Shown here in pieces: positions 1 to 10,143 of a stretch of 33,898 nucleotides of DNA (its first letter is position 1; the number at the start of each line of letters is the position of its first letter). This DNA comes from Candidatus Micrarchaeota archaeon. GTDB lineage: Archaea > Micrarchaeota > Micrarchaeia > Anstonellales > Bilamarchaeaceae. Position numbers and translations under genes: made by a program. The notes beneath the pieces were generated by a model that had not been told where the DNA came from, searched no databases, and saw nothing but the letters and a program-made list of their open reading frames with translations. The stretch is taken from assembly GCA_043827025.1 (NCBI GenBank), contig JBDRPL010000018.1, positions 1 to 33,898 of the forward strand, in the 5' to 3' direction.

Positions 1-599
1 AGTGATCCAATTGAGAATATCTTTGTTATGTAGTAGTTGTCGAATCCCTTTCTCATGAGTTCGCTTACTGCATCTGTTGCCAGAATATCCTCATGGATTA
101 TGGCATCGACCTTCTTTGGAATAACTGGGTTCTCAGCCTGTCTGAATGATTTTAAAGGTGCAGATGCTCCCATTGGCTGAACAAGCGAAGAAAATGCCAT
201 GTCGAATTTCGGAGTTTTGGTGAAATGCTCTTCAACATCAATAGCTTTTGTGGAAAGTGCGACTTCAGCTATTTCGGTTTCGATTCTCGCCCTTACATTT
301 GTCTTTTTATTCCCGCGAACAAGCATTGATCTTTGCCTGATTATTTCATCATAACTCAGCGTATAGAGTTCTCTGGTTGGAGTTATGGTGTCGTCAACAG
401 ATGCAAGTGGGCCTACAAATACATCGGGATAGCCGAATGAGCCTATAAACACATCCGCTGAAGGGCCAAAAACATGATCTGTGACCTTTCCACCAAGGAA
501 TTGGGATATATCTATCTTCTTCAGAACAGGGCAGAATTGCAGCCCGCAGAGTCGCTTGGTGCCTTTGCATTTGACACAAATCTCTGCTGGTGGTTTCAT
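1..599 (-). CDS. nreA: Nre-family archaeal DNA repair protein (5' part; runs off the window start)
   Basis: Not in the ORF track. Manual translation from ATG at 599 gives MKPPAEICVKCKGTKRLCGLQFCPVL...VFIGSFGYPDVFVGPL; the CxxC-x6-C-x4-CP cluster and FIGxxGYPxVxVGP match the Nre N-terminus. Confidence 0.85.
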   Translation of the reverse strand, partial: MKPPAEICVKCKGTKRLCGLQFCPVLKKIDISQFLGGKVTDHVFGPSADVFIGSFGYPDVFVGPLASVDDTITPTRELYTLSYDEIIRQRSMLVRGNKKTNVRARIETEIAEVALSTKAIDVEEHFTKTPKFDMAFSSLVQPMGASAPLKSFRQAENPVIPKKVDAIIHEDILATDAVSELMRKGFDNYYITKIFSIGS

Positions 600-666
600 A
601 ATTAGATATTGTTGGAATTGGATTAAGAAATTATCTTAGCCTTCTTATTGTTTAGCTGCCATGTCT

Positions 667-1425
667 TTACCTTTGCTTAGCTCCTTCCCTGACTGCCTTT
701 ACCATTTCCCTTATCTTTGAAACAGCACCGTCTTTTTCAAATGCAGTTCCAACTTGGATTATCTTTGCACCTGCTCTGATAACTTCACGTGCCTGTTCTG
801 GTGTTTTTATTCCACCAGCAACTATGTATGGAATGTCAATTGCTGAAGAAACAGCCTTAATCATCTCCAAAGGAACATGGCCGTCTTTTGGATTGCTTCC
901 TGTATCAGTTATAACAAAATGAAAGCCCATGAACTGGGCTGCAAGTGCCATTGCTGCAGCCCTTTGTGGATCATTTCTTTTTATCAGGTCTACCTCTGCC
1001 ACTTTGCCAACAGTTCCGCCTGGTTCCACTACTAAATAAGCAGTTGAAATTGGTTCAATACCTATCTTTTTTATGATTGGAGCTCCTTTTGCCTGAGCAC
1101 CGCTTATCCAGTATGAGTTTTTCGAATTCAAAAGGCTCATAAAATAGGTTGCATCAGCGTATTTAGTGAGCCAGCTTACATTTCCTGGAAATACTACAAG
1201 AGGTACCTTGATGCTTTCCTTTATTCGTCTTGCTACGTTGTCCAGCTTTTCCTGGGAGCTTAGGGTGCTTCCCCCAATGAGGATCAAATCAGAACCTGCT
1301 TCATCCGCATTCTTTGCAGTTTCTACTGCACTTTCCTCAGTATGGTCATCAGGATCAACAAGCGTGAAGAGTAGAGCCCCTTTTTTCTCGAGCTCGGAAT
1401 GAATGTATTTCTCGACTTTTCCCAT
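667..1425 (-). CDS. Geranylgeranylglyceryl phosphate synthase (GGGPS/PcrB family)
   Basis: TLVDPD, ILIGGS, VFPGN, FMSLLNS, YLVVEPG, IVAGGI motifs. Start placed at MGKVEK (1425); the ORF track extends to 1458. Confidence 0.93.
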   Translation of the reverse strand: MGKVEKYIHSELEKKGALLFTLVDPDDHTEESAVETAKNADEAGSDLILIGGSTLSSQEKLDNVARRIKESIKVPLVVFPGNVSWLTKYADATYFMSLLNSKNSYWISGAQAKGAPIIKKIGIEPISTAYLVVEPGGTVGKVAEVDLIKRNDPQRAAAMALAAQFMGFHFVITDTGSNPKDGHVPLEMIKAVSSAIDIPYIVAGGIKTPEQAREVIRAGAKIIQVGTAFEKDGAVSKIREMVKAVREGAKQR

Positions 1426-1520
1426 GGGAAGGATAAGATAGGATGTTTTTATAAACAATGGTTAAGGTGTAAATAAACGGAAACATCTGTTTAAATACAT
1501 GTGCTTACGTATGAATAATC

Positions 1521-2201
1521 ATGACAAGACATTTAGCATTATCAAGATTCTCAGCCTTAAAGGCTTCCCTTCCAACACAGCATCCTAGTTATCGCCAGGC
1601 GGTGTCACAATTTCCAAAGGTTGAACAATTAATCGATAGCGTCTATGATCCGCGGTTGCCTTCATTCCTAAAAAGAATGGAACCTGTTAGCGCACTTCTT
1701 GATCCAAAGAATGGGTTTTCCATATTGGTTCATTTTAGGGGATTGGAGGCTGTCAAGGCTGCATCTAAGGCGTTGGTCGATCATCTATTTTCTCATCTTC
1801 ATGAACTTGGCTATCGCCCATTGACGTTAGTACTAACGCCACAGGAGCACCTTTTAGCAGGTAGCTCTTTTCAGGATATTCCAGAGTCTGAAAAATATAC
1901 TGCCATGAGTCTCATTAGACAACAAGCCTCTCTTTCTGTCGAAGAAATACGCACAGCAAGGCAGTTACTTGCAATATTTCAGGCAACTGCATATTGTTTT
2001 GATGCAGATTGGGATTCTGGAGCCCTGGACCATCTTTCTCCAGATGGGTTTCAGATTTGGGCAACTCTTGAACCTATTGATAATAGGGGGAGGACAATTC
2101 GGGATCCAAGAATTGTGCAACTCACTGATAACAGGTTTGAATTAGCCACACCTGAAATCTCCTTATGTCCTGAACACGCAAGACCCCAGCAAAAGGATTA
2201 A
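1521..2201 (+). CDS. Hypothetical protein
   Basis: 226-aa ORF filling the gap, with a TTTAAATA box ~25-30 nt upstream; no motif recognised. Confidence 0.65.
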   Translation: MTRHLALSRFSALKASLPTQHPSYRQAVSQFPKVEQLIDSVYDPRLPSFLKRMEPVSALLDPKNGFSILVHFRGLEAVKAASKALVDHLFSHLHELGYRPLTLVLTPQEHLLAGSSFQDIPESEKYTAMSLIRQQASLSVEEIRTARQLLAIFQATAYCFDADWDSGALDHLSPDGFQIWATLEPIDNRGRTIRDPRIVQLTDNRFELATPEISLCPEHARPQQKD

Positions 2202-2226
2202 AACTATCACTTTCTAATTTCAATCC

Positions 2227-3270
2227 ATGAGATTCATCGACCTTTTGCTAGTTTTCATACCTATCACGCTTATCCTAGGATTTTTCGTAACCCAAGATCC
2301 ACTGATTCTTTTTGTATCTTCAGTTCTTGCCATAGTCCCATTGGCAGCAAAGATGGGCGAGGCAACCGAGGAATTGGGAAAGCATTATGGAGGCCATATT
2401 GGAGGTTTGTTGAATGCAACATTTGGCAATTCGGCTGAACTTATAATTGCCCTTATAGCAATAAACAGCGGTCTTATTGATTTGGTGAAAGCATCCCTTA
2501 CAGGTGCAATAATCGGCAACCTCTTGTTTGTTTTGGGGTTCAGCATGCTTGTTGCAGGCTTCAAGTACAAGGAACAAAAGGTATCACAGTCCCTTGCAGG
2601 TATGAACTCAACAATGCTTTTGATAGCATTCATGTGCATAATGATCCCTTCTGTCTTTCACCTTTTTCCAGGTCATACGCTTACAAAGGAATACAATTTC
2701 TCGATAATCGTCTCCATTCTTCTTTTGCTTGTTTATGTGGCAAGCCTTGGATTCTCTTTGATAACTCATAAGCATCTTTTCATGGCAGAGCACAAGAAAG
2801 AGAAGCCAAAATGGTCTAAGAGAAAGGCAATGAGCATGCTTGCATTGGCTACAATTGCCCTTGTATTGATGTCTGAAGTGCTTGTAGGCCAGGTGGAGCA
2901 GGTTGCAAAGAACTTTGGCCTGAGCGAGATATTTATCGGTGCTGTAATAATCGCAATAATCGGCAATGCAGCGGAACATCTGGCAGCCATATTCTTCGCA
3001 TTAAAGAATGACATTGATGTTGCAATAAACATCACAGTTGGCTCGTCATTGCAGATAGCAATGTTCGTTGCTCCTGTTTGCGTACTTGTTGGCGAGCTTC
3101 TGATGAATCAGCCCATGGATCTTGTTTTTACTCCATTGGAAATAATTGCTGTCTTTTCATCAGTTTTGATAGTGAACGAGATATCCAATGACGGAAAATT
3201 CAACTGGTTCGAAGGACTGCAATTGATAGTAATGTATGCGATAATCGCAGCACTGTTCTTCTTTATCTGA
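2227..3270 (+). CDS. Ca2+/H+ antiporter (CaCA family, ChaA/CAX-like)
   Basis: About 11 hydrophobic segments; alpha repeats LLNATFGNSAE and IIGNAAEH; GSSLQIA. Confidence 0.95.
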   Translation: MRFIDLLLVFIPITLILGFFVTQDPLILFVSSVLAIVPLAAKMGEATEELGKHYGGHIGGLLNATFGNSAELIIALIAINSGLIDLVKASLTGAIIGNLLFVLGFSMLVAGFKYKEQKVSQSLAGMNSTMLLIAFMCIMIPSVFHLFPGHTLTKEYNFSIIVSILLLLVYVASLGFSLITHKHLFMAEHKKEKPKWSKRKAMSMLALATIALVLMSEVLVGQVEQVAKNFGLSEIFIGAVIIAIIGNAAEHLAAIFFALKNDIDVAINITVGSSLQIAMFVAPVCVLVGELLMNQPMDLVFTPLEIIAVFSSVLIVNEISNDGKFNWFEGLQLIVMYAIIAALFFFI

Positions 3271-3393
3271 TGCTTAGCGAACCAGACTACGTTGTTTAGC
3301 CAGTATTCTGCAGCTCTGGTGAAAACCTGGTTCGCTTTCAACAAAGGCACAAGATCCGTTGTTATTTCAAACGGTCTTATTACCAGTTCCTGT

Positions 3394-3512
3394 TTGATTT
3401 GATGAACTGGGTCCATACCCCGCTGCTTGCAGCGAAATCCAGTTCATCAAAGCTGTGACCGAATGGGGCATACCCTATCAGCTTGCTGTGGGGTCCCTTC
3501 GGTCACATTGAT
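3394..3512. mobile_element. REP/MITE-like double-hairpin element bounded by TTGAT direct repeats
   Basis: Inverted repeats TTTGATGAACTGG/CCAGTTCATCAAA (3398-3410/3439-3451) and TGTGACCGAA/TTCGGTCACA (3454-3463/3498-3507), each enclosing an ATACCC...GCTTGC core; 3393-3424 is identical to 33818-33849. Confidence 0.7.
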
Positions 3513-3585
3513 TCTTGTTTCAATCGAGATTGCAGGCTCTTTGTTTGTTGGCATACGTTTTTGGCGTTTTACATATCAAAAGAGG

Positions 3586-4197
3586 TTAAACAATCTGTTT
3601 CAGGAAATGCCTGTGAAACAAAGTATCTTTCGTTAATTCGGGATGAAAAGTAGCAACAAGATAATATTTGTTTCCTGATTTTTCCTCTGCAACAATCAAT
3701 TCGCCATTCAATTCTGCGATTGCCTTGACTTTTTTGCCTATTGTCTTAATCTTTGGCGCCCTTATGAAAACTGCATGCGCCTTTATCTTCTTTCCATCAA
3801 GTTTGGCCTCGATTTTCGTTTCAAAGGATTCAGTCTGCGGGCCGTAGGCGTTTCTATCTGCTTCAATATCCATCAATTCAAGTGTTTGTTGTCCTTCGAT
3901 AAGGCCTTTCACCTGCTTTGCAAGCATTATCGCGCCTGCACAGGTTCCGAATATCGCATGAACTTTTTTGATTTCTTCGGCTATACCTTCGCGTTCAATC
4001 AGCTTCCATAATGTAGTCGATTCTCCACCTGGAATGATGAGCCCATCGAGACCTTCAAAATCTTTTTTATGCTTGACTGGTACGACTTCGCATTTTATTT
4101 TTAGTTCATTCGCAGCCTTTTCCGTTGTATGAATATGCTCAACCACTCCGCCTTGGAATGAGAGGATTCCTATCCTGATGGGATTCATAAGTTGCAT
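3586..4197 (-). CDS. pdxT: PLP synthase glutaminase subunit
   Basis: QGGVVEH, LIIPGGESTT, FGTCAG, RNAYG, FIRAP, TFHPEL. Confidence 0.96.
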   Translation of the reverse strand: MQLMNPIRIGILSFQGGVVEHIHTTEKAANELKIKCEVVPVKHKKDFEGLDGLIIPGGESTTLWKLIEREGIAEEIKKVHAIFGTCAGAIMLAKQVKGLIEGQQTLELMDIEADRNAYGPQTESFETKIEAKLDGKKIKAHAVFIRAPKIKTIGKKVKAIAELNGELIVAEEKSGNKYYLVATFHPELTKDTLFHRHFLKQIV

Positions 4198-4514
4198 TTA
4201 CACCCTTTTCTTTTTATCCTATTCCTTTGCTCTTCAATCGTGTCAATCTTTTCAAGTTGGATCGGTTTGCCAGTTGCAAGCCTTTTGTCCAAAGGACTCC
4301 TGTGGCAATAGCCTCGTTTTTCCATCTCGCCAACCAGCTTTTCATGCCTGAGATAAAGCGCTTTCAGTTTTCCTTTCCATCTTAGGGTTTCTGGATGCTG
4401 AGAGTAACCTTTCTTGCTTTTCGTGATTATGCTCCAAATAGCATGCAACTCTCTGTGCTCGCCAAGAAGATGCTCTCTGCAAAGTTTGCCAGGTTTAACA
4501 TCCCAGATTCTCAT
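4185..4514 (-). CDS. Pyrimidine dimer DNA glycosylase / endonuclease V-like protein
   Basis: MRIW...LCREHLLGEHRELHA, HPETLRW, EMEKRGY. Confidence 0.85.
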   Translation of the reverse strand: MRIWDVKPGKLCREHLLGEHRELHAIWSIITKSKKGYSQHPETLRWKGKLKALYLRHEKLVGEMEKRGYCHRSPLDKRLATGKPIQLEKIDTIEEQRNRIKRKGCKCNL

Positions 4515-4574
4515 AACTAGTTTATACTCCTCGTTTGGCCATCTTATTGGACTGCGTTCAATTTTGTCATTTCG

Positions 4575-5441
4575 TTACCTCAATGCCATCCTCTGTTCTT
4601 CTGGAATAGTTCCAATCTCGATTCCTTTCATCGGTTCTCCCAATCCTTCGGAAACCTTTGCAAGGAACTTCGCATCATTGAAATGAGCAACAGCATCAAC
4701 AATTGCCTTTGCCCTTTTGGAAGGGTCAGATGACTTGAATATTCCTGAGCCCACAAATACACCATCGCAACCAAGTTGCATACATAATGCGGCATCTGCA
4801 GGTGTTGCAATGCCTCCAGCTGCGAAATTAACAACAGGCAATCGCTTGAGCTCCATTGTCTTCTTGACAATTTCAACTGGAACTCGATATTCATTTGCCT
4901 TTTCTTTCAGATTTTCAGGACATAATGCTGCAATTTCATTATTGATTGTTCTGATGTGCTTGACAGCTTCAACAATGTTTCCAGTGCCTGCCTCGCCCTT
5001 TGTTCGGATCATTGCAGCGCCTTCATTTATTCTTCTAAGCGCTTCGCCTAAATTGCGTGCACCGCAGACAAAAGGTGCTTTGAATTTGCTTTTGTCAACA
5101 TGATTGTCATAATCAGCTGGTGTCAACACTTCACTTTCGTCAATGAAATCCACGCCAATTGCTTCAAGTATCTGGGCTTCTACGAAATGGCCAATCCTGC
5201 ACTTTGCCATAACTGGAATGGAAACTGCTTTCTTGATTTCAATAATCATTTTTGGATCAGACATCCTTGCAACCCCGCCCTGTGCTCGAATATCTGCTGG
5301 CACTCTTTCCAATGCCATGACTGACACTGCGCCTGCCTTTTCTGCGATGCGTGCATGTTCAACATTAACTACATCCATTATGACCCCTCCCTTGAGCATC
5401 TGAGCAAGCCCGCTTTTGACTGTGAATGTTCCTTTTTCCAT
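4575..5441 (-). CDS. pdxS: PLP synthase lyase subunit
   Basis: [52 protein letters not shown]. Confidence 0.98.
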   Translation of the reverse strand: MEKGTFTVKSGLAQMLKGGVIMDVVNVEHARIAEKAGAVSVMALERVPADIRAQGGVARMSDPKMIIEIKKAVSIPVMAKCRIGHFVEAQILEAIGVDFIDESEVLTPADYDNHVDKSKFKAPFVCGARNLGEALRRINEGAAMIRTKGEAGTGNIVEAVKHIRTINNEIAALCPENLKEKANEYRVPVEIVKKTMELKRLPVVNFAAGGIATPADAALCMQLGCDGVFVGSGIFKSSDPSKRAKAIVDAVAHFNDAKFLAKVSEGLGEPMKGIEIGTIPEEQRMALR

Positions 5442-5566
5442 TAGACCACCTGTTGAACTTTAATAAGAATATATTTGTTAGTATAAGATAAGGTATTTAA
5501 ACGATTATAACTCACGCCCTACAGGATTTGGTAGGTTGCTGGCGCTCTTATACAAGCCATTTTGCA

Positions 5567-5992
5567 TCATTCAGTAAAAATAGTTGCTTTGACAACATTC
5601 GGATCATCCGTCCTTTCAAACATTATTCTGTCTGTATTATCCTTTAGAATAACATAATGCCCGAATTTGGCAGCGCCTCTTATTGTACCAAGAGAGCCCT
5701 CGTATATATAACCCACATACTCTTCCCCCATCGTCCCAGTAACTCTTATCGAAGTGCCTATTTCTGGAAAGAATGCCCTATTTCCGATCCTGATTTTGTC
5801 TGTTTGCGTTTGCTCTATTTGTTGTGTTTGGGCTGGCGCCTGCACAGGATCGCATGCTGTGAAAAAATACGTGAATAATGGAACACTGACTACCAGGGCG
5901 GTTACAATCGGAAGCATTTTTTCTCCGACCCTATGGGACAATTGGCTTAAACGGCGAAGTTTAAGTAGTTTTCCTTGTGCAGGTTCAGCCAT
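5567..5992 (-). CDS. Hypothetical membrane-anchored protein
   Basis: One hydrophobic segment ending FTAC followed by a Q/T-rich linker. Start at 5992 (MAEP) is a guess; the ORF track starts at 6115. Confidence 0.55.
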   Translation of the reverse strand: MAEPAQGKLLKLRRLSQLSHRVGEKMLPIVTALVVSVPLFTYFFTACDPVQAPAQTQQIEQTQTDKIRIGNRAFFPEIGTSIRVTGTMGEEYVGYIYEGSLGTIRGAAKFGHYVILKDNTDRIMFERTDDPNVVKATIFTE

Positions 5993-6169
5993 TGGCAAAA
6001 CGCCGAATCCCTTTTTTTGGGCACGAAAATCAACGAGGAATATATTATTGTATCTTTCAAGTATAAAATCCTTGCCTGATTTGTATCTAGTTGTCCTTTT
6101 CATTCGATTCTCCATTCTTGCGGAGAAAGTTATTTAACCCTTTATGAGCCCTATATCCTAGGTATACCT

Positions 6170-6955
6170 ATGGTCTGGGACGAGTTGGAAAAGGCATTGG
6201 ATGTGGAATTGAAAGATTACAAGAATGCCAAGAATCTTTTGAGTTTCTTCAGGAAGGATAAGCAGGTCAACCATCTGCAGGAGATGTCCAACTGTATCAC
6301 TGTCCATAGGCTTGGCTTTAGCGACCATGGAAGGATACATGCAAGGATCGTTGCATTGAATGCACTCAAATCACTCCATCTTCTGAAGAATAGGGGAATC
6401 GTGCCAAATATTGTAGCAGAGCATAGGAAAGCAAAGTTCGAAGATTCCATAGAAATAGTGCTTGTGGCATCATTTTTGCATGATATTGGCAATTCCATAA
6501 ACAGGCAGAACCATGAGCTTCTTGGAATGACGCTTGCAAGAGATATATTGGCTAGACTGTACCCTGCTTCTGATGAGATAACTGAAAGAAAAAAATTGAT
6601 GGTGATGGAAGCAATACTGTGCCACATGGGAAACTATGTTCCTACTTCGATAGAATCCAAACTTGTTGCTCTTGCAGATGGCTGTGACATGCAAAGCGGA
6701 AGGGCAAGACTGCCATATGATTCTGGAAGGAAAGATATCTATAACTTGAGCGCACTTGCAATTGATAAGGTCAGAATACGCGATGGGGAAAAGAAGCCTA
6801 TAAAAGTAGAGCTTGAACTGAATTCATCCGCAGGAATATTCCAGGTTGAAGAAATATTGCTGAAGAAAATAAAAGGAGTGCAATTCGAGAAATATGTGGA
6901 AGTGTCTGCATTCATAAACAGCAGGAATGAGACAATTTCTTATCTTACTGATTAG
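6170..6955 (+). CDS. HD-superfamily metal-dependent phosphohydrolase
   Basis: RLGFSDHGRIH, FLHDIGN, ILCH, LADGCDM. Confidence 0.92.
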   Translation: MVWDELEKALDVELKDYKNAKNLLSFFRKDKQVNHLQEMSNCITVHRLGFSDHGRIHARIVALNALKSLHLLKNRGIVPNIVAEHRKAKFEDSIEIVLVASFLHDIGNSINRQNHELLGMTLARDILARLYPASDEITERKKLMVMEAILCHMGNYVPTSIESKLVALADGCDMQSGRARLPYDSGRKDIYNLSALAIDKVRIRDGEKKPIKVELELNSSAGIFQVEEILLKKIKGVQFEKYVEVSAFINSRNETISYLTD

Positions 6956-9266
6956 GTGCCTTTCCACTGACTTTTGTTGGAGAATTTCCACCTCCCTTTT
7001 TTCCCTCTTCCCTTAGCCTTGACTCTTCCTTCAACAGTTCCTTGAACAAGATATTCCATTTCTTAGCTACTGCCCCAAAATCTATGGTGCCATCTTCCTT
7101 TTCCATCGTTGTAAGCAATCTGTTTGCAGCTGTGTTGGCTTCTACTACGAAATCTATATCTGCAATCAGTGGGTCCTTGAGCGCCATGCTTGCGCGATAG
7201 ATGTCATCATATATCTTTCCCTTGAAGAATGCCTGTAGTATATACTGTTCAGGTGAGATTCCGGTTTCTTCGCACCTTCTTGCAAGTGCAGGGGGAATTG
7301 TAATTATTTCAAGCTCTTTCTCAAGTTTCGCTATGTCCAATTTTTCGAATGAATTCATGCTTGCCTCTGGATTCCTTATGAATTTGCATTCCCACTTGCA
7401 ATCATCTATATTCATGCCTCTTCTGAACCTGAATACTTCTACGAATTTCTTTTCTTCAAGGTCGCTTTCGTATTCATAACCTATTACCCTATATACCCTT
7501 CCTTTCCTTCCGAACCTTATCTTTTTCAGGAAGGTGTACCTGTCGGTTGCGAACATTGAGGCTGCAGGTATTCCAAACACTAATTCGAGTCTATCCTGCA
7601 CATCTTTCAAAGATTCTGCATGCAGGTTGTAAAGCAAGAAGACACCTGGCTGAGTGTTCAGTAAATTGATTATTCCCTGAACTGCAGTACGGGAACGAAC
7701 TTCGTTTATTATAAGCGCGGCATCACCCATTCTTAGAAGGGCATTTGCCATTGACACAAGGTCAAGCTCCTTGGATTCTGTGCCTTCTACATCAGAGCTC
7801 TGCACTCTTGCTGCTCCTATGTGAAATCCTCTTTTCCTGAATGCACGTACAGGTATTTCCTCTATGTCCTGGATTGGGATGATTCTTCTTCTTGTTCCGA
7901 TTGCTGTTATCTTTGCAGCAGTGAATGCTGTTTTTCCCACACCTTTCAATCCAAGAACTGCTTCGCTGCACCCAAGCGTCACCAACACATCATCATATCC
8001 CACAAGGAAAGGGCTCATAGATTTATAGTAAAGATATTGCGGATAGGTGAATGGCTTTTCCTTCATTATCCTCAGTGCACCCTGCAATTCTCCAAATGTT
8101 GCAGGAGGCCTCTGCAGGTGGCATCTCATTGACAATCTCTTCAACACAACATCTGCAATTGGATTTGTTTCATCGAACTTTCTTACTCCATGCATTAGAT
8201 ATGCAATATTACGGAATGCCCTTTCAAGCAATTCTCGGTTGTATCTGTAGAGCGTGTGGCACAATCCGAATTTTGCATGCTCGATATACAATGGCGAGTT
8301 TTCGCTGTCAATATAAACATCAGTTATGTTGTCCTTATCCAGAGCCATGTTTTCAATCGGCGCACCCAACCCCACAACCCAGGCAGCAGCTTCCCTTCCC
8401 ATCACAAGTGCTTCCTGGGGTGTGATCTTTATGTTATTCATTATCGCTTCATCCATGAACCTTTGCCTGTACTCCCTTGTCTTTGTTTCCATTAGTATTT
8501 CGAAATCAACATTTTCGAATACCTCTTTCATCTGCTCGTTTATTGTTTTCTTAAGCATTTCCTGAAGTTCTTTGCTTAGGTTTGAAATGCCTGGATTTTC
8601 CTGAATATATAAGTAAGCTTCATCTCCAGGGACTTCATAAATCTGGGCCGTAACTCCGAATGGCAGAACATACCTCGCATCCTTTGTTTCAAGAGGCTTT
8701 GCGCCAGCAGGAATGTCAAGCACTATTGACTCGACAAAATAAAGGCTCTTCAACTCTATCAATGAAAGGAACGCAGCCCTAAAATCCCCAGTCTTTTTCA
8801 CCAAATCATACATCTTGGTTTTCCTGAATGTCTTTAGTATGCCATTGACCCATGCCTTGAACTGCTGGAATCCCTTGAAAAACACATTTTTCGTTGGCTG
8901 GTCTTCCTGATAATCTGCAAGTTCCCTTTCTGCAAGAAGAGGGTTCACGAACATGAGCTCATAGAATTTTCTTATGAGCATCCTTCTTTTTTGGAATGCA
9001 GGATCCTGATTCATTCCATAGACATCTCCTCGTAATAGAAGATTCTCTATCTGCTTTATGACGCTTGCATATTCTGTCAGTATTGCAGTCTTTTCTTCGT
9101 TAAGCTCTATAACCATCTCTTCTTCGTACCTTATGGTCTTTATCGGAGCTTCTATGGTCGACAGGTCTTTCAGATGGAGGTTTATGAATTCCGGCGAGGC
9201 GAATTCGTAAGGGCATTTAGAAAGGTCTACGATTCCTCTTGTTCCTTCAATGGAAATATTGCACAT
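6945..9266 (-). CDS. Type II/IV secretion system ATPase (VirB11/CpaF/FlaI-like)
   Basis: Walker A GLKGVGKT, Asp box IQDIEE, ALLRM, Walker B-like LIINEVR, His box YNLHA. Confidence 0.85.
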   Translation of the reverse strand: MCNISIEGTRGIVDLSKCPYEFASPEFINLHLKDLSTIEAPIKTIRYEEEMVIELNEEKTAILTEYASVIKQIENLLLRGDVYGMNQDPAFQKRRMLIRKFYELMFVNPLLAERELADYQEDQPTKNVFFKGFQQFKAWVNGILKTFRKTKMYDLVKKTGDFRAAFLSLIELKSLYFVESIVLDIPAGAKPLETKDARYVLPFGVTAQIYEVPGDEAYLYIQENPGISNLSKELQEMLKKTINEQMKEVFENVDFEILMETKTREYRQRFMDEAIMNNIKITPQEALVMGREAAAWVVGLGAPIENMALDKDNITDVYIDSENSPLYIEHAKFGLCHTLYRYNRELLERAFRNIAYLMHGVRKFDETNPIADVVLKRLSMRCHLQRPPATFGELQGALRIMKEKPFTYPQYLYYKSMSPFLVGYDDVLVTLGCSEAVLGLKGVGKTAFTAAKITAIGTRRRIIPIQDIEEIPVRAFRKRGFHIGAARVQSSDVEGTESKELDLVSMANALLRMGDAALIINEVRSRTAVQGIINLLNTQPGVFLLYNLHAESLKDVQDRLELVFGIPAASMFATDRYTFLKKIRFGRKGRVYRVIGYEYESDLEEKKFVEVFRFRRGMNIDDCKWECKFIRNPEASMNSFEKLDIAKLEKELEIITIPPALARRCEETGISPEQYILQAFFKGKIYDDIYRASMALKDPLIADIDFVVEANTAANRLLTTMEKEDGTIDFGAVAKKWNILFKELLKEESRLREEGKKGGGNSPTKVSGKAPNQ

Positions 9267-9297
9267 ACTACCTATTCGAACTTATCTTTTTTAAACA

Positions 9298-10140
9298 TTG
9301 ATTAACCATATGATTCTAATGAAAGCACGTTTTCTTCTGTTTCTGGCGCTTGTTCTTGTCATATCTCTCTTTGGATGCGTCCAGCCTGAGAAAGAAGAAT
9401 CAATATCTTTTGAACAGCAGGACATTAGAATAATCCAGCAAATCCAGAATAATCTTTCTCTCAAAGTTCGAACTGTTCGGGGAGACCATTTCCTTGACAT
9501 TGGGTTGCTGAATGACAAAAATGTCCCTATGATGGCTGAGAATGTGAGCATCGCAGTGAAGATAAGCGATGCAGAAGGTGGGCTTTATTTTGAAAAGAGA
9601 TTTGTACCCAGCATTGAAAACAACTACACTTTTGAGATAAAGCGCGATAAGGTGAAGAAATCCTTCTATTCTTCCGGCACCCTAAATGTAACTGTGTTTG
9701 GAAAGAAGAACCTTTCGATTTCTTCCAATCTTTTGCTCAACAAATTCTCTGCTGACGAGGCAAGGTTTGTAGAGAATGACGCGTACATGAAAACATCAAA
9801 AGTGGTGAATGAGACTGTGTTTACAGAATGCCTGGAGATCTATGTTGAGAGGGCAGGCTATTCAGCGTGGCACAATCTTGATCAAAGAGACCAGCATTTT
9901 CGTGTGGATGTCAGCATACGCAATACCTGTCATTACAATGTTCTTTTCTCTCCGGAAAGTTTGTGGCTAAAAGATGAGGCAAGGAATTTTTTCCCTCCTA
10001 CTTCAAAGGGAACTCTCAATTCATTCTATTTGGGATATGACAACTCGAAATCAGGAACTCTTCTATATAACATAATAAGGCCAAGGGCAAACATCTATCT
10101 TTATTACAAGGATCTGAAGCTTGTGGATTTTTCTAATTAA
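9298..10140 (+). CDS. Hypothetical secreted lipoprotein-like protein
   Basis: MKARFLLFLALVLVISLFGC signal with lipobox-like LFGC; beta-rich C-terminus. Confidence 0.7.
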   Translation: MINHMILMKARFLLFLALVLVISLFGCVQPEKEESISFEQQDIRIIQQIQNNLSLKVRTVRGDHFLDIGLLNDKNVPMMAENVSIAVKISDAEGGLYFEKRFVPSIENNYTFEIKRDKVKKSFYSSGTLNVTVFGKKNLSISSNLLLNKFSADEARFVENDAYMKTSKVVNETVFTECLEIYVERAGYSAWHNLDQRDQHFRVDVSIRNTCHYNVLFSPESLWLKDEARNFFPPTSKGTLNSFYLGYDNSKSGTLLYNIIRPRANIYLYYKDLKLVDFSN

Positions 10141-10143
10141 TCC

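Noticed and set aside
394..579. 61-aa ORF from the track
   Set aside because: Alternative frame within the Nre-family gene.
3444..3449. Tandem TGA as selenocysteine or recoded stops
   Set aside because: They lie inside the repeat element, and TGA is a normal stop in several genes here.
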